This document shows positions 41,607 to 59,474 of a stretch of DNA of 64,000 nt, in pieces. The stretch lies in contig CM022670.1 of the NCBI GenBank assembly GCA_012295275.1, forward strand, positions 18,228,001 through 18,292,000, written 5' to 3'. Under the pieces are notes generated by a model, which was given only the letters and a program-made list of their open reading frames with translations, was not told the origin of the DNA and did no database searches. The position numbers and the translations under genes were made by a program. Within the stretch, counting starts at the first letter, position 1. Each line of letters starts with the position of its first letter. The stretch comes from Chrysomallon squamiferum (lineage: Eukaryota; Animalia; Mollusca).

Positions 41607-42890
41607 TTATTATTTATTTATTTATTTTCTTTCTTTCTTTCTTTCTGACTGTTTCAGTTTTGTCATAGATTTCAAGAATAACCTTCTTCTTATTAATCGT
41701 TCTTCTTCTGCTGGAGTAAAACCAAATTAAAATAATCAAAATTTCAGTTAGTGTAACTCAGAAAGCTGTGAAATAACAAATGTTATTCTTGAAAACTACG
41801 ATAAATCTAAATAGACAATAAGATAAAAATATATATCTGACATAGTAGTACATTCATTTGTTTTCAAAACTATAACTGTTTTTTCAAAATATCCTTAAAA
41901 CGTTAATTTAAATTATAATATTCTTATTACTGAATATTTTTTTGTCTGCATGTAATACAAATAGGAAAAAACATATACATATCTATCTACCTGAGCTTAG
42001 TTGTTTCACTAAATTCAGATCTTCGCCATGGAATCCACATGATCGAATATCAGATCTGTCTGTGTCCGTCCAGTATATTTTGTTTTCCACTGGGTCGTAA
42101 TCTAGAGCCACTGGGTTTGCGTGTTTTTTAATTAAAACATTTGTTAATTTTAAACTTGTTAAGTCAACGCTCCATATTTGTCTTGCATAACTGTCTGTCA
42201 CGAGGATATAAATGTTACCTGGAACTGGAAGAATAGAAAGAGCATTAGTACGTCAACTTTTGTAAATAGCGAACATTAATAATGCATCCATATTTGTTTT
42301 ATTTTTCATTCTTTTAATCTTAATTTGTCAGATTCATAAAAAAATGTATTTAGAAATCCAAGAAAGAATTATTTCTTCTGTCATTAAATAAATATGTCTG
42401 TTTCTTTAACTTTGTATGTCAGTTTATTTATTTGTTCTATCTGTCTTTCTGTCTATATTTTAATTTTATTATCTGTCTGTTTAGGTTTATCATAAATTTT
42501 ATGTAAAACATTTTTATTATTAATCGTTCTTCTTCTGCTGCTGTAAAACAAAATTAAAATAAGCAAAATTAAACTGACCCAAAACAGTATGAATAAACAA
42601 ATGTTATTCCTGAAAATTATGATAAACCTAACAGGCAATAAGATAAAAATATATTTCTAATATCTATCATTTTAAATTATAATATCCTTATTACTGAATA
42701 TTTTTTCTGCGCATATTATACAAACAGGAAAAATTCCGGCCATATGTGTATCAGTTAATTAAGGGCGAGCAAATCTGATGTCACAAAAACACCATGAACA
42801 GCAAAATACATAACACAAAAAATCGGTTTACTTACTTTGTGCCAGCGACGCTGGTAAAACATAAAATAATGCCACAATTAGCAAACTCAT
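27418..42890 (-). CDS. Secreted LRP-like multidomain protein: signal peptide, LDLR class B (YWTD) propeller, EGF, Cys-rich/EGF, Ig/FN3-like region (about 1147 aa, about 23 exons)
   Basis: Exons 42890-42836 ([18 protein letters not shown]), 42224-41991 (IYWTD), 41319-41151 ([20 protein letters not shown]), 39561-39434 ([15 protein letters not shown]), 39223-39067 (MYWCD..HPFGI), 38837-38728, 38054-37932 ([23 protein letters not shown]), 37397-37230, 36849-36709, 36380-36267 ([23 protein letters not shown]), 35840-35598, 35403-35262, 34392-34188, 33677-33516, 33177-32823, 32200-31924, 31407-31293, 30916-30728, 30530-30360 and 29484-29355, all phase-compatible. Then putative microexons 28591-28580 and 27881-27870 and a putative last coding exon 27449-27418. 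Confidence 0.85.
27760..29140. repeat. Tandem duplication of about 710 bp (2 diverged units), each unit carrying a 12-nt microexon
   Basis: Paired blocks: tagacttacctcc 27861/28571, aaaccattaatgact ~28041/~28679, gaaaaatgaactgaaacaaaaactaaag ~28203/~28907, aaaacattttcataagcaagttt ~28400/~29114. Confidence 0.85.
32628..32678. repeat. (TAA)n microsatellite
   Basis: Perfect trinucleotide run; shorter in the duplicate (~54520). Confidence 0.9.
36017..36287. repeat. Degenerate 55-70-bp minisatellite derived from an exon end and splice donor
   Basis: About 5 units of cactt..ttcacaatg(gtgacctg)..taatatttagataattaata; the last unit is the real exon-10 end. Also present in the duplicate (~57975-58240). 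Confidence 0.75.
41640..42735. repeat. Direct repeats of about 300 bp (41640-41975 and 42440-42735) flanking YWTD exon 2
   Basis: Shared collinear blocks: ttattaatcgttcttcttctgctg, caaatgttattc, caataagataaaaatatat, tattactgaatatttttt, atacaaa(t/c)aggaaaaa. Confidence 0.75.
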
Positions 42891-43576
42891 GATATTCGTT
42901 ATGAAGAATGTCTGTGAAATGGCTGTAATGGTTAGGACAACGTCCAAATCATATGACAAGCTTGAAATATGAAACGGCTGTTTTAACTGTAGAGGTAAAG
43001 TCTTCTCTTTTCTTTTATTCTTCTTTTTTAAGATTGGGTGAACATATACAGTTGCTTGTATAAATTCTTCTATTCAACTGAGTGACTACTTACAGTATTC
43101 TCACTGTCGCATTGACAGTCGCAGTTACTTTAAGTATTAGTTTAAAAAGCTGTTGTAGTAAACATACTATCGTTGTTGTTATTGAAATATGTTCTGTTCT
43201 GTACATGAAGTTATTTTTCATAATAATAATAAGAAGAAGAAATAGAAGAATATTAACATTACAGATAAAAAGAAAGAAAAATATAACACGTAATTAGACA
43301 AACAAATAAAGACATTAAATAATGTTTTTTTCGGTTTTTGGGGGTTTTTTTGTTTGTTATATACACATATAAATAATTAACAAAGTCAGTAAAATAATAA
43401 TAATAATGAAAAGATATTTCAAATGTATTTAACGACAGATAAACTATAACCTTTTAAAGTATTTTTACTAAAATAAAAACTCATCTGAGCTTTTATTTTT
43501 ATATTTTTTCTTTAAAAAAAAAACAAACAAAAAAACTGGTTCAATTATTTGTTCATCATCCTTCAATCCTCCATAC

Positions 43577-44020
43577 CAGCATTTCTCAGCCTGGGTTCCG
43601 CAAAAGGTCCTTAGGGGTTCCGCGAGAAAGAGTGAAATAAGTTAAGCACTTTGAGTTATGTTTATTTATTTTCATATTCCTAATATTACGCACAACATAT
43701 TCTTGGGAAATCTCTCGTTATTATAATAAAGACGTCATCCTATCTAACCTATTGTTATTAAAAATATAATCATTAGGAATATATTTAGTGATGTCTGTAC
43801 AGCACTGATGTGAAACCGCCTTCACTAATCAGTGCCCATTCAGTGGACGAAATCTGTATTTTACGTGACTGATTCGTGTATCACGTGACTCACTTGAGTG
43901 TAGGACGCGTGCATGGTTTACATCAGTCGTCTATGTGCTTCCTGGCGTGCAGCTACACTGTGCAGCCACTCATTCACCCACGATATTCAGTAAATTCAGT
44001 AAAAAGGTTGAGAAACGATG
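43577..44020. mobile_element. hAT-superfamily MITE, 444 bp, with perfect 8-bp TSD
   Basis: TIRs CAGCATTTCTCAGCCT and (reverse complement) CATCGTTTCTCAACCT. TSD CTCCATAC at 43569-43576 and 44021-44028. Confidence 0.88.
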
Positions 44021-44113
44021 CTCCATACTAAAATCTAAGACATTTATTGTAGGTTAACACATTGTGTACATATAATACACATGTTCCATAATACATATTT
44101 AATTTAACAAAAT

Positions 44114-44151
<38 letters not shown>

Positions 44152-44515
44152 GTTGTTGTTGTTTCCTTGTCTCTTTGCCTTCTTGTACGTATAACAATTC
44201 TCTCATCAAACAACAACTGAATAGATTAACTCGAATTAATTTTGGTCTACAATCGACCATCGATATAAAACATTCGTGGGGCCGCCTTTCTAGATATTCC
44301 TTTCTTTGAACAGAGTAAACTTTTTACTAAAACAATTTTATTACTTTCTACACAGAAAAAAGATATTTGGCGAAATGCGACGTTTTATGTGTGTGGTATA
44401 AGTGATACCATCAACAATGCATTTACGAAGAGGAGGAGCCAGCGATATTGCAATATTCAACTTCTGTCAGCCCTATTCGAAACGAAGAACAGGGAAAAAG
44501 AAATAGAGGTAGAAC

Positions 44516-44518
<3 letters not shown>

Positions 44519-44589
<71 letters not shown>
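44519..44589. repeat. (GA)n microsatellite
   Basis: Perfect dinucleotide run. Confidence 0.95.
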
Positions 44590-44591
<2 letters not shown>

Positions 44592-44894
44592 ACCTTTAAC
44601 ACCTATACAGTATCTATTGAGGTGTTGTCAAACATTTCCTCAGTGACTTTTTTTTTCTCTGTCTCGAGCGATATTACGAGGAAATTTTTATTTTTTATAT
44701 TTAGTCAGATAAAGATATTTTTCAGCAGTCTTCAGAAATTTTGCCAAAATCCTTTACGAGAATCGATGAAAGGTGTTTGGCGCCGAAGACATGAATCTAT
44801 TCGATTTAATTGCGTCAGTAAGGTGTTAAGTGTTGGAAGATGATCTTATGTTAAATATTTATGTATGGAAATGATCACTGTTTATTTCGAGATG

Positions 44895-48160
<3,266 letters not shown>

Positions 48161-49523
48161 GAAATTTTGAATGAATATTCATTTTCTTGAGGTTGAAACA
48201 ATGAAAAAATTATGAGACCCATCATCACCGTTATTATATGATTGTATACAAAAAAATGTTTTATTAAAAGGAAGTACCAGTATTCTCTTATGCTGTTTTG
48301 TAGTACTAAATGTAATTTCTCTATATCATCTTGCAGAACATAAAAATTTGGTAAAAGTAAAGACTGGGACTGGAATTTGACATTCTGTGTGAAGTATTTC
48401 TTACCCTAAGTAAAGTGTTTGACATTCTTAAGTCATTTAAAGTCTTTAGAAATTATCCATCAGTAATGTGGAAGGTTTAACTGATTGCCCATTGCCAACA
48501 CTGATGATGTTTAAAGAAATCCTGAAGATCACCAAGCAGGTTTTTGTAATATCAATCAAGTGATTTGAGTATTTACAATGGATGTGTTTAGACCCAGTAG
48601 TGACAGTATACTGATGATTATTTTAAAAGAATAATGGTAAGTTTATTAAACAGACAAAATTATCTGATGATGAATAATAAACTGAAATCATTAAAATGGT
48701 TACTAGTTGTTTGTACACAAATTCTTTTGGAATGGTTGTTTGAAGCTGTCTTATTGAAATGTGTTTTATAGTCCACTGATCTTCAGTTCCAGTTTGTATA
48801 TAGGCACACTTGCTGTCAGTGTATCAGAATAAACATGTTTACATATTGTTTTTGACATTCTACATTTATGTATATTTTTCATTATTTTATTTTAGAATTT
48901 TGTTTGTTTTTGTCTTTTCCCCTCTTTTTGTTTCATAAATTAAAAAATTTAAGACATCTTTTAAAAAAATGAGAATATAAACCAAAGTGAAATTATTTAT
49001 TTATGCAAGTTAATCTGTTTCATTGTTGTGTGATGTCATTCACCATGCTAATCCTCAAGTTATGCCTGATCCTTCTAAATGTTGCCTGTGGTTTTCCAGA
49101 TGATTTGGTGAGCTTGTCCAACTAGTTTTCCAAAGGCTTTATTCCACTATTCGCATATATTGTAGGCTATGAATAAAAAATTAAAAAAACTTTAACAAAA
49201 ATAATAATAAAAAATACGTAGTGACAAAATCTGTAGTTAAATAATTTTAGCTCCACTTAGGAAAATATAATAATTATTTCTTAGAAGACTGAATAAGAAC
49301 TAGGGAAAAAACAGCAATATGTTATTATGTTTTATACACAATTAACAAATTTAAAGAAACAAAACGATTTTAAAAATGTACGTGACTTGGCCTTAGAACA
49401 CTGATTAAAGATAAAAAAAAAATCTGTAAATCCATTAAAACAACCTATAATTTTGTGCAGTCTTTTGAAATCTTTGCTGAAAAGAACTTCCAGTTATTTT
49501 AGTTTTTTCTTTGTATATGAATA

Positions 49524-52500
49524 CTATTTTCCATGATTGTTCGTTCCATGGCATTCTGAAATAAATTTTAAACATAATACAGAATTCTTGTCTGAGTGAT
49601 GTTCAGTATCAAACATTATAGTACTTAGTTGACTAAGTTTTTATTGTACTCGTGTATCTGGTTGTATCTTCTATATATACAATGTATAGATAAACAATTA
49701 ACTTTTTATATGATTTTATCTATAGCAAAAATGAATGAATACTCCAGTAAAAACCATTAAAACATTAAATCACAAATATTGTCCAACTAAATGAGATATT
49801 TGTATTTATTATATCAGCAATATATTAAAAAAAGACAAAAAAAAAGACTGATGTAACTACTGCTGTTTAAAACAGGACATAATGATTTTTTTTTACACTT
49901 AGACTGCCACTGATTTCTTAATGTATTTTACCCAGACACTAAATTAACTAAATTAAATCATAACATTTAGACTTACCTCCCTTACTTGCTGAAAGATGTA
50001 AAAATTGATTTTTGATCTGCAAATTTTTATTATAAAACTGAGAGCAAATGAAAGTAATCTTCTCATGTTATTAAATTTATTTATTATTTATTTTTAATTA
50101 TTAATATAAAATATATTTTAGCTTCACATCATCATAAGCACAGAAATAAACCATTAATGACTCAGAGACATATTAAATTTGGAAATACTTGTGTAAGAAA
50201 AATAAAACCCATAAATATTAAGTCAATTTATGAAGATTGCAAATTCATTTTCTTATCAATTGTAACTTCTTTAATCTTCAATTTTGTAGTTAAAAGAAAA
50301 ATGAACTCAAACAAAAACTAAAGAGAAAAAAATTAAATATTAACAGCCAAATGAAATTTGTACTTTCAGACACAAATCCTATAATAATTATTTCACAACT
50401 ATAGGCCTTTATAGCTTAAACCTAAGGGCCTGCTAAACAATAATAAATCTAAAATATTTTTGAAATCTGAAAAAGAACATGTAAAATTTAAAACATTTTC
50501 ATAAGCAAGTTTAAAACAGGAAATAATGTAGTGATCACAAATAATGAATTTTGCTACCCTGAGACTGCTACCGATTTCTAAATGTATTTTACTCATACTG
50601 AAAATTACAGTAGCCTTATTAGATCAACAACAGTTAATTAACTAAATTAAATTGTAATATCTAGACTTACCTCCTTTACTTGCTGAATGATGTAAAAATA
50701 GATTTTTGACATTATCATTCGTCTAATTTAAAATATATTTTAGCTTGAAATGACCATAAGTACAGAAAAAACCCATTAATGACTCGGAAACAAATAGAAG
50801 AAAGTAGAAAAAGATTGAATTGTGCTATTGTAGAAAAATATTATTTGACTATGTGTGTGTGTGTGGGTGTGTGTGTGTGTGTGTGAAAATCCATATATAT
50901 TAAAAGGCCATTTATGAAGACTGCCAAATTCATTTTCTTATCAACTGTTACTTCTAAAATCTTCGTTTTCTTAGTTAAAAGAAAAATGAACTGAAACAAA
51001 AACTAAAGGGAGAAAAATAAATAATATTAACAACAGAATCAAATTTTTACTTTCAGACACAAATCCAATAATAATTGTTTTCACAAATATAGGCCTTTTT
51101 AGCTTAAGCCAAAAGGCCTGCAAAATAATATCAAAAATATTTTTAAAATTTGAACTTTCACTGCTGAAAAAGAACAAGCAATAATTAAAACATTTTCATA
51201 AGCAAGTTTGTAAACAAAAAGGCAATAATAATTTAATTAAAACTTTAGGATTTCACCTTTTAGGTTATAAATCCTAATAATATCTGGCAAAATAAAAGGG
51301 ATTTTGCTATCAAGCTTAAATCCCTAAACATTAAGAATTATATAAAACTAATTTTTCTTTTTCATGATTCCCCTTCATTGTCAGAACCGCTTACAATTTT
51401 AATAAATTTGTATAATGTTAGACACTCACAGATGTTGATGATGTCAGAACATCTGGCATCAACTGGCTTTGATGTGTTGTCAAAAGCTACGACAGTAAGA
51501 TAGTAGTTGTCACATGGTGGTGATCTCCATGAAACTTCAGTGTCTCTTGTCGTGGTTACCTGAAAAGCAGTTTAAAAAGTCAAATGAAATTGTAATAATG
51601 GTAAGTTCAGCAGTAAATAATAATCTCTTTGGTCCCAAAAAAGAAAACATTTAAAATTAAATTGGAGACAGCATTGTTGTCATATTTATTAATGTGTTCT
51701 TTAAAACACTTGTTTTAAAAAAAGATAAAAAAAGAAGTTATGTAACAAAACTTTAAATGTTTCTTTTTAAAAAAATTTTTTTAAATGTAATCACATTAAA
51801 ATTTCATTACTGATAACCTTCTATAATTTCTAAATTATAATAACTTGACAATTTCTAAACTACATTAATCATGTGCTAATGTTTCCAGCTATATTTTTTT
51901 TATCATTCAGTTATAAAACATCAATTATATATTTTTAAAATTTGTTTTAATTCTTTTTCATCTGGCAGGAAGGAATGTTTTATATGCACCTTCATAGACT
52001 GTAAAAACATAAAATACAGTTTTTTATATAACAATCACAGAGCTCTTATTGGGATGGGAAATGTATTACTGTAGACTGATATATGAACTGAGCTCTGGTC
52101 TGAACTCTGAACTTTAACTAGTTAGTCACGTTCTGGAAAATATTATATATTTTTTCAAAAAGTAGTATCCATAGAAAGTTATCTCAAAGTTTTACAAGCA
52201 GGTACATAACCTCAATATGACTTAAACATTTGAGTCTATCACTTAGAGTTTGATAGTGAATAATTTACTTGAATTTTAATTCCAGTTAAAAACAACAACA
52301 CAATAAGCAGCAATACCTGGATTGTAGATGAATTTGATGAAATTTCAAATACTGAATGACACTGATGTTCAAAACTGTATTTATAAAACTTTACTTCTTG
52401 CGGCCTCTCAAAAGCAGATGTCCATGAAAATAGAGTCCCTTCCTGAATATAAATTTTGCCAGCAGGTGGTTGAATGGAAGGAAACATCTGAAATGACAGT

Positions 52501-52537
52501 GCAGTTATAACAAACCCATTAAAATAATTATCATCTT

Positions 52538-52569
<32 letters not shown>

Positions 52570-54285
52570 GAATTAAGTGAACGATGAGATGGAGATGTAA
52601 GGGAAGGGAAAGAAGCATACAAAAAGATATAACACTGTAAAGAACATTTAAAAGAAAAAGCTAATATAAATAACAAATACCTGTTTTTCCATTACAGTCG
52701 AATACTGTGCATTGTTCCACACAGTTACGATAATATTAAAGGTGGATTTAAATTCTTGAATGTTTATTAGTTTCAGAGTGTGGTCTTTTGAATAACAAAC
52801 ACGTTGTGGTGTGCAATAGCAGTTTTCAACCTCTGACTGTGAGATCAGCTCTCCACAAGATGTCACATTCTGAAAACAATTAAATAACTATTAGAACAAA
52901 GACAAAAATATACAAGATGATGAATTCTTTTTTACGTGGACTCAGGTTTATGTACAATATCATGCAATTACAGTTTATGACAGAAACGACAAATAAAATG
53001 AAAAGAGAAACAAAATTTCAGAACTATTAAATCAATTTTGGATTGTATGTGAAGTTTGGACTGTGGAAAATTAGATGTAAAAAAATAATACCTCTACAAG
53101 AAATTATTGATTTGATCTTAACTAATCTCTAATATTATATTTTTATTCCTATATTTTCATTTATTCTACTCTGAGATATCAGAGACTGGTTAAAAAACAT
53201 ACCAAAGGGGTAACAGTTTCTTGTTTTGAAGTGATCAGTGTGTTTATTGTTTTATCAGTAATCTGCCAGGATATTTGGTCAATTCCACTGTGTGTATCTA
53301 CTGCTGCAATCTTTAATCTGAAAGACACATAGAAATAATGGACAGTTATTTATCAAATGAAAATTCTGTTTGTGTGTTTTCACTAACTATTGGCCAAATA
53401 ATAAAATACAGAATAATAGATTATGTAAAATCTTACAGATTAGACAATGTATTTTACATAAATTCAGTAAATACTAAGAGATATAAACAAACAACATTTT
53501 ACTGAAATATAGTATATCCCTCCCACAAACAGAAGTAATATGAAGAAAACCCATACTTTATAGACATATTTGTGCAGTAATTTTAATTTTCTTGAACTCT
53601 AAATAGATAGATACAAAGAAACTGATAGATGATATATACATACATACATAAATTCATAAATACATGCATACATATATATATATATACACACATACATACA
53701 CACACACAAATATAGACACATAGATACATATAATTATAAATATATTCACACACACACATACACACACACACACACATATACACTCACACAATCTGACAGA
53801 CAGACAGATTTCTTACTCTATGTTTCCATTACTGCTGTCTTCTGTTAAAGTGATTTTTCTGATCTCTGGAGGAGATGAATCATAATGAACCTGTACATTT
53901 TCTGTTTTTACATTGTGTTTTATATCAAATGCTTTAACCCACAAAATAATCAGATCGCCATCTTCAAGTCGAGGAGTAAACTCAACAACTGTTTTTAACC
54001 CTTGATCTTCAAACATGTAGTCATAGGGTTCTGTTGTTTTTTCCTCAACAGCTTCAGCATGGATTACATAGGCAGTCTTAAATTTAACAATTCCTGTAAA
54101 CAAAGAAATAAACAAATGAACAAATAATTAAATTAATAAAGAAAGAAACAAGCAAAGAAACAAACAAATAATTAAATTAATAAATAAATATTTGAATAAA
54201 TAAATAAAACAAAGATTGAGGTAAAGTATAATATATATCATCAAGAATGCCCTTTTTAAAGAATTTTTTTGTATACAGACCATGT

Positions 54286-54320
<35 letters not shown>

Positions 54321-57300
54321 AAATTAAATAATTAGAAAAACACATAGCTCAGCAGTGTTGCATAATCAGTTCTTAGATTATTGGAGCTAAAATGCATTAT
54401 CAAAATAATGCCCTGTGTTGTGTTGTGTACATAAATGATGCCTTGCTGAAAACTGAAAAGATTATAATTCTGAGAATGACTGCAGTAGGCTCCCATCATG
54501 ACATTCTTCCATTACTGATATAATAATAATAATAATAATTTAAAAAATAACAACAACCACAATAGTTCCTTAACAAATAAAAATTTTTTTTTTAATAATA
54601 ATAATCATAACATTGATAACAATAACAATAACAATAATTCATTCATTAATTCAACTGTAATAACAATTCATCTGTTCATACCTTGAATATTAGGAATCTC
54701 AAGAAGAGTTCTCTCCCCTTCCTCATCCTCATATTGCGTATCAATATCTGTGTCGTCTGCTACAGCAGCCAGCCAGTTGTTTGTCGTCTGCAACTTGTTG
54801 ACAAATCTGTCAGTAAAATTCACTGTTATCTTCTTGGTATCCACTTGCCAGGTGTAGTTTGTTGATGCTGAGGCTGATGTTACACGGATAGGATGATCTT
54901 CATTTACTGTGATTGTCGAGAAAGGATCGTACATTATAATTCTACGAGCTTTTCTTTTATTCTGAGCTTTATCAACGACTGACAGCAGAATGGAGTAGAC
55001 ACCAGGAGATGACAGTGTAAATTCAACAGTCTGATCCTGCAAGTAACAAAATTAATTAATATTATTATTTAATGTAGAAATTAATGTCACAATAAAAATG
55101 ACAACTGTGAGCTTCCTTGAGTGCTTAGTAGCATCCTATTTCATAAACATATTTCATTATTAGTCAAAATCTTTGAAAACAAGAAATGTTGATTTGATAA
55201 AATATTTGAAGTTTAGTGATAATCAAATGAAGTTTATTATCAGAAAAAAAGAAAAGAATGAAAAATAAAAAAAAATAAAAAATTGTCAGCATTGTGTGAA
55301 ACATTTTCCTACAATATTGTATATTTTTTAAATACAAAGATAGATAGATATTTTTTATGTTCTTTTTTTACATTACCTTGCTATCATTCACTATAGTTTG
55401 AAAAACAAGATCACCAGATTTTGAATCTAATTTTCCTGAAAAGTAGTGAAGCTGAATAGCACTAATTGTAATTGTAGATATTCCTGATTCGTCATCCATC
55501 CATCCATTCATTTTGATATAGATTCTGGATGCATTGGCCTGACAAATAAAGAACATATTTATTTTGACATTTTATGTGTCATTATAATGTATTTTGCAAA
55601 TATAGCATAAGACAATAACCTGTTCCTACAACTGTTACTGTCAGCAGCAATGCACTTTTTTGTGTGTGTTTTAGACACAGACAAGAATGCACATGAAATT
55701 GCTCTTAATGTATTACTCTTTTCGAACACAATGGAAATGGAACAAATCCAAGTATTAAACATTATGTGAAGATAAAAGAGATTTGATCCAGCAGTCCTTC
55801 ACTCCTCATGTCAGTTTTGTGATTAGATAACTGATATCTTAAATTTCATTGACAAAGTATTATAAATTTACAGCAAAATTATGGAAATATAAAAAATAAA
55901 AAGTATGAAAGATTTGTGTGTGTAAATTTACATGTTTTGTAATTTATGACATAAACATTCACCTAATCATTCATTTTGAACATTCACTTAATCATTCAGT
56001 CATTTACTTATTAATGCATTTTGAATGCATAATATATTTAACTTTCACCTGTTTAATGATATCATTAACTCCAAGCATGTTATAATGACAAGGCAGTTTT
56101 GTGGAAATGTGGTATGGTTTCTGAAGATCAACATTTAAAGAGTAAAGTTTTCTTTCTCTCTGTCCATTGTATGAAAATGTCTCCAGAACATCAGTTTCTA
56201 TGTTTTTCACTGTAACACTGCCACCATTTGATGTTTCAAATAGAAGATTAATTCTGAAAAGAAATTAAAATAATGTAATTTTATATGTATGAAAATAAAC
56301 TGATAAAATTTAAGTAATTAGTGAGTATTATGTCAAATTTTAAAAATGAAAAATTAACTGAATAAAAACAATAACAATAAGAAAATGAAGAACAAAACAA
56401 CAGTGGTAGTAATAATAAGAATGTTAATAATAATAATAATATAAATAATAATGTAAATAATAATAACCACAACCCACTAGTGACAGAGCCTAATATTTCT
56501 TTTTATCTTTCTCAAAGAAATAAACAGAAAAAAAAGACACAGTATTTCCAGAGTATTGAAAGAAGTGAAAAATATTAGTTTTCAATTTTCTAAAACAAGT
56601 AAATAATAATTTAAGTATATAACCCTACAAGATGATAAAATAGTCTGTGCTAAGCATAAACTATTTTAATAAATTATATAAACATATTATTTTATTCATT
56701 AAATTTTAGAAAATTATAAATGACTATGATATATTATTTTTAAGAAAACTGAATGAGTAATTTTGATCTATAGTCAGATAAGGTCACTATATAACCCAGA
56801 AATTTTGACCAGGAATTTAATTGCAGTTTGAAAATACTGCATTCATAATGCCTATTTCATATAGTTCATTTTGATACCACTCATATGTGTTTGCAAAAAT
56901 ATACTAAAATTAAATGTCATTAAGCACAGAACATTTTTTATGGTCCTGTTAAGTCCTTCAAAAGTATCTTTACCTTTATAAATTCATGATTTTAAATTAT
57001 GACTGCATGGCATATATATTTATTATTATTTATTATTATTATTTTTTTTTTTTTTTTGGTGCTAACTTTTAGTGTTCTGATTTAATTTCAAATCTGCTGT
57101 ACAAGGTTACATTTTATTTTTGTTTTCTTATTTTTCAGTGTAATTACCTGTCCCTGTTATGGAGTTGCAGAGTTTCTGGTGGTAAATCAGACATTGTGAG
57201 TGCCTCAACACAGCTGTCCAAATCAGTTTTAGAGTTATTCACATCTACATCCATGCAAGTCCTGCTGATGTTAAACACAACATGGCCTCCTGTAGGAAAT

Positions 57301-59432
57301 ATATGTACAAGGTAGAATTAAATATTTTTATAATAAATGTTATTTATAAATGTATTTAATTAGGTATGGATGTTTTAATTCTTATAATAATATTAGTATG
57401 TAACAGATATGTAGATTTTAGCAATGTTTTAAAGAAAATAACATCATCTAAAAGAAATAATAAAAAGACTGCATTACTTAAAGATTAATCAGGCTGTAAA
57501 GTAAATTGTAAAGTAATTTTTTTTAAAACATTCTATGTAATTATTAATCACAACACTATCTCTAACCTCTAATAAGTTCAAAAGTAAATTTTCCATGGAC
57601 AATTCCTGTATTAAAATTAGTTATGTATGCAGGTCTGGGAGGCAGTGTGTCAGATGACTGGACAGCATAATGAGCAGACAGATTATAGTGGACTGACGTC
57701 ACGTTTATTAGATTAATCCATAAAGTCGAGCGTGATGTGCTGTCAAGATCCAACATGTTTCCATCACCAGTCATCTGCAGTTTCACGTGCATCACTGGAT
57801 AAGTTAGAACTGAAAAATAATTTTAAAATTTAAATGTGATTTAAGTTTAAATTATATATTTGTTGGTGTTTCATTATAAACAAGAAATAAATGATCACAC
57901 ACACACACACACAGACACACAGACACACAAATATATAAACTACTTTTATGCATATCTTAATTTCTAATTTATTTTTCTTCACAATGGTGACCTGTTGTAT
58001 GTGTGTGTTGATATTTAGATAATCAATAATTACAGTTTTCTTACTTGTTTCACAATGTATGTGTTACTAATATTTAGATAATTAATAATTAAAATACTGT
58101 CATTTGTTTCACAATGGTGGTCTGTTATATTTAGGTATTTAATAATTAAATATATACATCCTTGTTTCACATTGTATAGTTACTAATATTTAGATAATTA
58201 ATAACTAAAATATTCTCACTTGATTCACAATGGTGACCTGTAAATCCAGGATGACATTTACAGTTGTCAGCCAGTTCTCCATCACACTGACCTGGATAAC
58301 ATCTTGTACTGTCATGACGCCATGAACAGGCTTCTGTTAATAAAGTGCATTACCTTAAATAATGTATTTACAACAGCATTTCATAAGTACATATAGAATA
58401 CTGATGTAAAGTGTCAATTATTACATATAATAGTATATATCTAAATTAGGCTTCTGAAAGCAAATATAAACAGAAAAATAAAATGTATATAATTATCCTC
58501 TATTTCATATATTTGATAAGTTTCTGGATGACATTCTGGAAAAAGATAAATGTTACATTATGATGGAGGTTTTGTAAAGGCCAAAATAGGTATCATGGTA
58601 TTAATGGACTCAAAATGTTCTTCAGGTATCTACATAATATTAAGTGACTGAAATTACTTACTTCTGCAGTTTCGTTTGTCAGAAGTTATCAGATAGGCAC
58701 GGAGTCCAGCTGTTTCACTGACCACACCCTCACAATGTGAACATATTTCATCACTTCTTGTTGTGCATTCTTCAAAGTCACAATGGCTTATTGAATGACA
58801 CACTGAAAGTTTGAAAATTTGAAAATAACATTAAGTTTTTTATCTTTGATTATCATAAATATAAGTAAATTATAAAAATGTACCATAGATGCTGTGAACA
58901 ATAGCATAATCCAAATATTCAAATTACAGCTTCACTAAATTAATTATTCAAATTTACTCTTTGCCATTAATAAACTATAACAAACTCACAAAGGATTATG
59001 GTTACTTTCTTAATTGTGTCATCAACTCAAAATATAATTATTTCAATATCCTTTAGAAATACAGTTCTTAAAATATCTAAACAGTAATACAAAATTCTGT
59101 AAGTCAGGGTTTTGTTATCACTATTAAAATATCTTGTGGTAGATAAAAGCTTTATTAGTGACAGATTTTGTTGTCACTTACTGTTACAATATCCTGCAGC
59201 TGGATAGAAGCCTTTATTACAATCTGTACAATTGTCAGGGGCAACGCAGATTCCTCCACTGTCTTTTTGAACTGTGCCATTTTCATAGATGATGTGACTG
59301 TTGTTGAAGTTTACATTACAGTGAAAACCATCTGAACCACTACAAACAGCTGTGAATAGATGGTATTAAAATTTTAGTTCATTGTTCAGAAAATAATATT
59401 TACTTCATAACTCTGTGTGTGTGCACACGCGC

Positions 59433-59474
<42 letters not shown>

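Noticed and set aside
27418-42890. Naming the gene LRP4/5/6, LDLR or nidogen
   Set aside because: Only one propeller is present, with no LDLa, NIDO, TM or PPPSP/NPxY features, so no symbol was assigned.
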